Part shown: in pieces, positions 15,230-20,000 of the stretch
Numbering within the stretch: the stretch's first letter is position 1
How the letters are laid out: every line of letters starts with the position of its first letter
Source: an uncultured virus (IMG/VR IMGVR_UViG_3300026549_000006)
Taxonomy: Duplodnaviria > Heunggongvirae > Uroviricota > Caudoviricetes
Length of the DNA stretch: 20,000 bases
Virus record (IMG/VR): IMGVR_UViG_3300026549_000006
Coordinates: 46,926 to 66,925 of that record
Reading direction: 5' to 3' (one strand)
Notes under the pieces: model-generated
What the model was told of the DNA's origin: nothing
Database searches by the model: none
Seen by the model: only the letters and a program-made list of their open reading frames with translations
Made by a program: the position numbers and the translations under genes

Positions 15230-15529
15230 TTACATAACAACATCCATTAATTTCTCCACTCTCATGCCGTTCTTCTCGGCATTTTCTTTCAGAACCTTTC
15301 TGACATTCTCGACACCTTGTTTGAGTTCTTCCATGTCTACACCGAGAAAAACTGCCAACTCCTGCATCTTGGTCTCGTCACCACTTTTTAGTACATCAAG
15401 TAGCAATGTGATACCTTTATTCTCGCCAGACGCTCCTAAGAACATAAACTGTAGAGTCATCAGACCGAAAAGATTATTATTGTCAGAATCCTCTTGTGCC
15501 TGCTGTGCTTTGTTCTCGTTTTCTTTCAT
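15230..15529 (-). CDS. Hypothetical protein
   Basis: 99 aa ORF packed in the - strand array. Confidence 0.65.
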   Translation of the reverse strand: MKENENKAQQAQEDSDNNNLFGLMTLQFMFLGASGENKGITLLLDVLKSGDETKMQELAVFLGVDMEELKQGVENVRKVLKENAEKNGMRVEKLMDVVM

Positions 15530-15544
15530 AGTCGATTGCTATTA

Positions 15545-15685
15545 TTAGTTACTCTGAGAGTCATTCTCCGTTTTACTCTTCCCGCGTCCAATACACACTA
15601 ACGGCGTACTAAATATTGCAAGGAGGTAAATTAATCCACCAAGCCAGTGCCAAAAATTGTCGAAGAAAAATTCGCAATATTCCAT
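15545..15685 (-). CDS. Small membrane protein, CEFFF family copy 3 (46 aa)
   Basis: MEYCEFFFDNFWHWLGGLIYLLAIFSTPLVCIGRGKSKTENDSQSN; preceded by AAGTT-ATG. Confidence 0.75.
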   Translation of the reverse strand: MEYCEFFFDNFWHWLGGLIYLLAIFSTPLVCIGRGKSKTENDSQSN

Positions 15686-15710
15686 AACTTTCTATTTTAC
15701 TTTGACACTA

Positions 15711-16025
15711 CTATCCTTCCATTCTTTCGGCAATAGTACTGAGCCATCTATCAATGCGAATGAATGGCTGCTCACAATAGTCTCCGTTGACGTCCAATGC
15801 ATCTTTTTGTGATGCGAGTTCGTTAATGAGTACCTTTATCTCTTTCACGATATGTGTATCGCAGTCGCTCCATTCTTTCTTGTTCTCAAGTTCGGGGAAT
15901 ATCGACTCAATGGTTCTTTTATCATAGAAACATTCCGTGTCGCATATTTCTCTCGCTTTTTCAAGAGCATTCAAATATTTTTCTTTATAGTCCATGATTA
16001 TCCTTTCTTTTACTCTGAGAATCAT
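15711..16025 (-). CDS. Hypothetical phage protein (alternative start ATG 15995)
   Basis: MDYKEKY..ALEKA...IFPELE...W pattern. Confidence 0.7.
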   Translation of the reverse strand: MILRVKERIIMDYKEKYLNALEKAREICDTECFYDKRTIESIFPELENKKEWSDCDTHIVKEIKVLINELASQKDALDVNGDYCEQPFIRIDRWLSTIAERMEG

Positions 16026-18247
16026 TCTTCGTCCATTATGCGCTCCAATTCCTCAAAGAAATACTCGTTGCCATAGTTGGAAAGATGCAAGCCGTCAGAA
16101 GTGTTCACAAGAGATTCCGTCGGCTGCTGGTATATCTTTTTCTGGGATATGTCAACCAATGCAATTCCGTTTTGTATAGCCACTTTCGCAGCCGCCTTTG
16201 TAATCGCATTCGTATCCATGTGCGTGGAGAACAAGAGCAATGCGACTCCGTGAGATTGTGCGATGTCATACAAATTCTTGTTTGCGGCCTGCCAGTCGGG
16301 CATTGTGTATGTGGCCAATCCACTGATATTTGCAAAATCGTTGATTGACAAGACATCACTTATAATTATCTGAGGTTTGTGCCAGTCAGACCAATATCCG
16401 TCGGTCATGCGTGCAACCTGCCCACCTGCGGTTGAACCACTGAATGCTTCCACGACAACATCAAGGCGCGGATTATTCCAAAATTCGCACCCCCAAAATG
16501 TGACATTTGCAGGATTTGAAGTCGGCTTGATGCGGATAACGTAAGTCTTTGTGTCATCAAGTTTGCATACCTTGTAAACCAGCATCTCATTGTGCTGCGA
16601 ATAGTTCTCGTTGCCGATAGTGCTTGGCAAATCAACCCCTGCTTCACTCGGTGTTGTGAAACTGCCGCCATCGACAGATACTTCAACACTGCAAGCCCAT
16701 GCACCATAAGTGTAACGCGACCAAACAAGTTTAAAGAACTTATAGCCGCTCACTGATATTTGTGCTGAATCGTTCAGAGAAGATGCCGCATAGGTTTCTA
16801 TTTCGTTAAACGTCTTGGTGCTGTCTCCGAAGCCATTCGGTGTGTTGAATCCAACCTTTGTCCAACCCGAGTGAGCAAGGTTTCTGAACTGGGTGTCTTC
16901 CCTAGCGAAGCGGTATTTGTCAAAAAACATCCTCGCCATAATCATTTTTGAAAGGTTAGGCGGGAAGTCTCCAGTCGAATATCCAGCGACCTGTGTAATG
17001 TCGTCAAGTTGTGAACCAATGATGCTGTCACCGTTGAAACTCACAACAAGGCGGTTGTCTTCATCGTTATAATACTTTGATTTATAAAGCGACAAGAACA
17101 ACGCCAATTTTTCTCGGTTTGCTACAACATTGTTGAACTTACCAATTTCCCCGCCCTCGAATGCTTCCACGGCATCCTCTACAATAGACGGCAAATATAT
17201 TTCAATCTTTTGCGTGTACGTCGCATCAAAACTCGTTGTCCAGTTGAATCGTAATTTGACGGCATTATCAGGTATTGTTAAACGCCTCAAGTATGCGTCA
17301 CCGTTACGCCCAACAAGCTGCACCCCTGACAATGTACCGTCAGCAAGAACGAATCCCATGTAAGCAGTCGTATCGTAAGGATAGTAGGCGTAAAAAGAAA
17401 TAGTCGCTCCAGACATGCCAGTAACATCAACCTCTGTGGCAATCCAAATAGAATTTGCACTAACCTTTTCAAGCGACGAATTATAAATAAACCCCGCGCT
17501 TTTGACCGCCGTATTGGTAGCATCTTGTGCGATACCATTTATTTTCTTGTTTATTTCGACAATTTCGTTGTCAACGGTAGCCAATTCCTCGCCAGTCACA
17601 ATTTGTTTCAGCGCAATATTTTCGACATCTTCCGTAAGATGCGCACCTGCTGAATCATTAGTCGTTCTGCTCCAAGCGAGATACTTTCCAGCTGGCACGG
17701 TCACCTGCCCGCTGCCCGAAGTTGCCACTATGGTGTACAGGTGATTTTTTACGGGGACATCATCGCACAGAACGATGCCCATAAGGCTTCCCGTTAAGGT
17801 GTAAGATATAATAGTTTCTTTGTCGAAATATCTGTAATTGACGTAATAGATTGAGCCTGCGCTCGCACCCATCATGTTTCCATCGTTTCTTATCCACGCA
17901 TCATCGAGTTTATCATCTGCTACTTCCGTTACATCCTCCGTAGACTGCGAAACCTCTAACATCTCGTCAGTAATAGGCTTCACAAACTTGTGCGCCCATG
18001 CGCTCATAATGCCCTGCGTACTCCCTGCTACTGGCTCTTCATCTGCAAGGTAATGAAGCGGCAATGACGTTGCAGCCACATTCCCAACACCGACAATGTA
18101 TGCATCAAAGTTCCCCTGCCCCGCTGCATTCATGCTATTATCGCTACTGACAAGGATGTACTCTCCAGCCGCAGGGGTTGGAACACTCTCAAGAGCATTC
18201 AAATTAGCTCTCTTGCATTTTGCATTTAATCCAACTATCTGTCCCAT
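16022..18247 (-). CDS. Putative tail-associated SGNH/GDSL hydrolase-domain protein
   Basis: VSFNGDSI (block I) and DGLH (block V); N-terminal GEYILV...VGVG...LP resembles phage fibre attachment domains. Confidence 0.7.
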   Translation of the reverse strand: MGQIVGLNAKCKRANLNALESVPTPAAGEYILVSSDNSMNAAGQGNFDAYIVGVGNVAATSLPLHYLADEEPVAGSTQGIMSAWAHKFVKPITDEMLEVSQSTEDVTEVADDKLDDAWIRNDGNMMGASAGSIYYVNYRYFDKETIISYTLTGSLMGIVLCDDVPVKNHLYTIVATSGSGQVTVPAGKYLAWSRTTNDSAGAHLTEDVENIALKQIVTGEELATVDNEIVEINKKINGIAQDATNTAVKSAGFIYNSSLEKVSANSIWIATEVDVTGMSGATISFYAYYPYDTTAYMGFVLADGTLSGVQLVGRNGDAYLRRLTIPDNAVKLRFNWTTSFDATYTQKIEIYLPSIVEDAVEAFEGGEIGKFNNVVANREKLALFLSLYKSKYYNDEDNRLVVSFNGDSIIGSQLDDITQVAGYSTGDFPPNLSKMIMARMFFDKYRFAREDTQFRNLAHSGWTKVGFNTPNGFGDSTKTFNEIETYAASSLNDSAQISVSGYKFFKLVWSRYTYGAWACSVEVSVDGGSFTTPSEAGVDLPSTIGNENYSQHNEMLVYKVCKLDDTKTYVIRIKPTSNPANVTFWGCEFWNNPRLDVVVEAFSGSTAGGQVARMTDGYWSDWHKPQIIISDVLSINDFANISGLATYTMPDWQAANKNLYDIAQSHGVALLLFSTHMDTNAITKAAAKVAIQNGIALVDISQKKIYQQPTESLVNTSDGLHLSNYGNEYFFEELERIMDEE

Positions 18248-18249
18248 AT

Positions 18250-18537
18250 TTATTTCTCTTTTAAATAATTGCGTTCTTCACAATACATAACATTGTTGGA
18301 ATCATGCTCATCCCAACACCCTCCAGCAAGTTCAATCTTTGACCCATAGAGACTTTCCATGATGCTTTTGAAAATGTGCTTTGCACTTCCAACACTCTTG
18401 CATTCTAAATCAATAGCATCTGCACCATTAAAATGGATTTCAAGTTTATTTGTTGGTTGTTCACCCTTGTAGACTATCTTGCACCACGCAATAGCCTGAG
18501 AGTTTATCACCAAATTATCCTTCAAAAATAGAATCAT
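18250..18537 (-). CDS. Hypothetical protein
   Basis: 95 aa AT-rich ORF, stop 2 nt before the next start. Confidence 0.65.
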   Translation of the reverse strand: MILFLKDNLVINSQAIAWCKIVYKGEQPTNKLEIHFNGADAIDLECKSVGSAKHIFKSIMESLYGSKIELAGGCWDEHDSNNVMYCEERNYLKEK

Positions 18538-18554
18538 ATTGTTTAATTTTTAGT

Positions 18555-19223
18555 TTATAATCCAAGATTAAATCTTTCATTGTCCACAGAAAAGTTCCTT
18601 AATTGTTCTTCTTGAGATAGTTTTCTGTTATAGATTCTAATGGCATATATTTCACCTTTAAAAAAGGTTCCTTGAGACCTTCTTCCTATCCAAAAATCAC
18701 TATTGTTCCAATAATCTGTACTGGAATTTTTTGAGATAGAAGCGCCATTCAACAATCCTCTATCGAGATTTAAAGATACTGAATATTTCTGATTAGCAGA
18801 CAAAGCCATAGTATACGTGTTTGCATATTGTGAAAATGTAATATTATTACCAGACTTATAAAATAGAATATTATATTGTGTTCTATTGTTACACGAAAAT
18901 AAACAATATGTATTTGTAGCTTCTGGTTTGAAACAAACTTCAACTGTATAATTCTCCGAACCAGTTAGTACAGTAGTACTATAAAAAGAAGAACCGCCAT
19001 TAAAATGCCAGCCATATTCTGTACTTGTAACATTTTTGTTAGTAAAAACAATGCCGCCTACAAGGTCTGTCCAAGTGCCTTCATTTTCTCCTTTTTCTAT
19101 ACCATCCAGTCTAAAAATTAAGCCGTCAGTAACATAAGGGTTCTCTGGGGTGGGTTCATCTCCACCACCTCCACCATCCACAGGTCTTGTGAACATCATC
19201 ATCAGTCTACGCATCTCACTCAT
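18555..19223 (-). CDS. LamG/ConA-like lectin-domain protein (putative tail/adhesin)
   Basis: YVTDGLIFRLDG...WTDL...TVEV...FKGEIYAIRIYNRKLSQEE; start MSEMRRLMM at 19223 overlaps the upstream stop. Confidence 0.75.
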   Translation of the reverse strand: MSEMRRLMMMFTRPVDGGGGGDEPTPENPYVTDGLIFRLDGIEKGENEGTWTDLVGGIVFTNKNVTSTEYGWHFNGGSSFYSTTVLTGSENYTVEVCFKPEATNTYCLFSCNNRTQYNILFYKSGNNITFSQYANTYTMALSANQKYSVSLNLDRGLLNGASISKNSSTDYWNNSDFWIGRRSQGTFFKGEIYAIRIYNRKLSQEEQLRNFSVDNERFNLGL

Positions 19224-19845
19224 AGTAGTACCCTCCATCAATTTCGGTTTCAATCTTATTTGTCGCCCAATCCTTTGTAGCATACTCAGGAGTACCGCCA
19301 CTACTTTCCGCAGCTACCATACCACTTGTGATGTAGACAGCAAGGTTATTAATAATACTAACCTCGTAATACTTATCCTGTTGGCAAGTCAAAGGTTGTA
19401 CCCACTGCACTGTAGAGGGAAGATTCAGCGTTGTAGGAGTGCTGCCGCTATAGAACCTGAACATGTACTCATTGGCAATGCCTGCTTCACCAGTAGCCAA
19501 AGTAAGAGTAAGGGTTGTTACTTCTCCCCATACATGATGAATGTTAGGAGTAAGTGCAAAAGTGGTGTCACTTGTGCCATGATTTATCTCTACAATCTTC
19601 TCTGCTTTACCATTCCATGAAGTGATGTTGCTTGATGTAATTCCTGATGCAGCACTTGCACTATACACAGGGTCTGTCTCCGTATAACTTTGAAGTGCAG
19701 TAGCACCTAAAGCAGCACCGCTTCTGATGGTAGCCAAGTCGCTGATGGTGTCCTGCTTGCCCGCCAGCTCACTCTTCTTGGCGAAGGTAGCCTTTATCTT
19801 CCCCCAGAAGTACGTCAGTCCTATCTTGTCGAGAATGTGTTCCAT
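19216..19845 (-). CDS. Tail-fibre-like structural protein
   Basis: LD..GL.YFW.KIK N-terminus, GKQDTISDL and ETDPVYSASAASGITSSNITSWNGK segments typical of phage fibres. Confidence 0.65.
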   Translation of the reverse strand: MEHILDKIGLTYFWGKIKATFAKKSELAGKQDTISDLATIRSGAALGATALQSYTETDPVYSASAASGITSSNITSWNGKAEKIVEINHGTSDTTFALTPNIHHVWGEVTTLTLTLATGEAGIANEYMFRFYSGSTPTTLNLPSTVQWVQPLTCQQDKYYEVSIINNLAVYITSGMVAAESSGGTPEYATKDWATNKIETEIDGGYYYE

Positions 19846-19886
19846 CTGTCTTCCCGTTTAGTATGTTGCGACCGTGTCGCAACTTG

Positions 19887-20000
19887 TTAGTTACTCGTAA
19901 TACTGTCAATCTCCGCATTCGTGATGGCACTCACGCCGCCGTCGTTCAGCTTCACGTATTCCGTGCCACCCCAACGGAACTGCGAGTTGGCTGCATAGTC
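19887..20000 (-). CDS. 3' end of a fibre-like protein (partial)
   Basis: ...SQFRWGGTEYVKLNDGGVSAITNAEIDSITSN*; open to the window edge. Confidence 0.6.
   Translation of the reverse strand, partial: DYAANSQFRWGGTEYVKLNDGGVSAITNAEIDSITSN

Noticed and set aside
1..20000. Stop-codon recoding, CRISPR array, DGR or integrase/transposase
   Set aside because: Genes are intact under code 11 with TAG, TGA and TAA all used as stops. I saw no regularly spaced repeat-spacer array, reverse transcriptase, TR/VR pair or integrase/transposase motif.

Overview
This window looks like part of a temperate phage or prophage genome from a Bacteroidota (Prevotella/Bacteroides-like) host, judged from TTTG-N20-TAnnTTTG promoters and gene content. 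The + strand (1-11140) is an early/replication arm. It has face-to-face promoters, an excisionase-like HTH gene, and a ~950 nt non-coding stretch holding four tRNA-like structured elements, a boxA-like site and repeated short hairpins. It continues with YopX, RecT, YqaJ exonuclease, an SSB-like protein, a DUF6291 replication initiator with internal iteron-like repeats, a DUF6633-like protein, and an AT-rich run of small accessory genes joined by repeated junctions. The - strand (11162-20000) carries the end of a tail/fibre region (fibre-like, LamG-like and SGNH-hydrolase proteins) and accessory genes. It also carries a self-contained unit: an HTH gene, a divergent pseudoknotted small RNA, and a six-gene operon of unknown function led by a Gly/Asn-rich CCC coiled-coil protein and ending in an HExxH protein. 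All family calls come from motif recognition by eye and all RNA folds are manual base-pairing; no searches were run.
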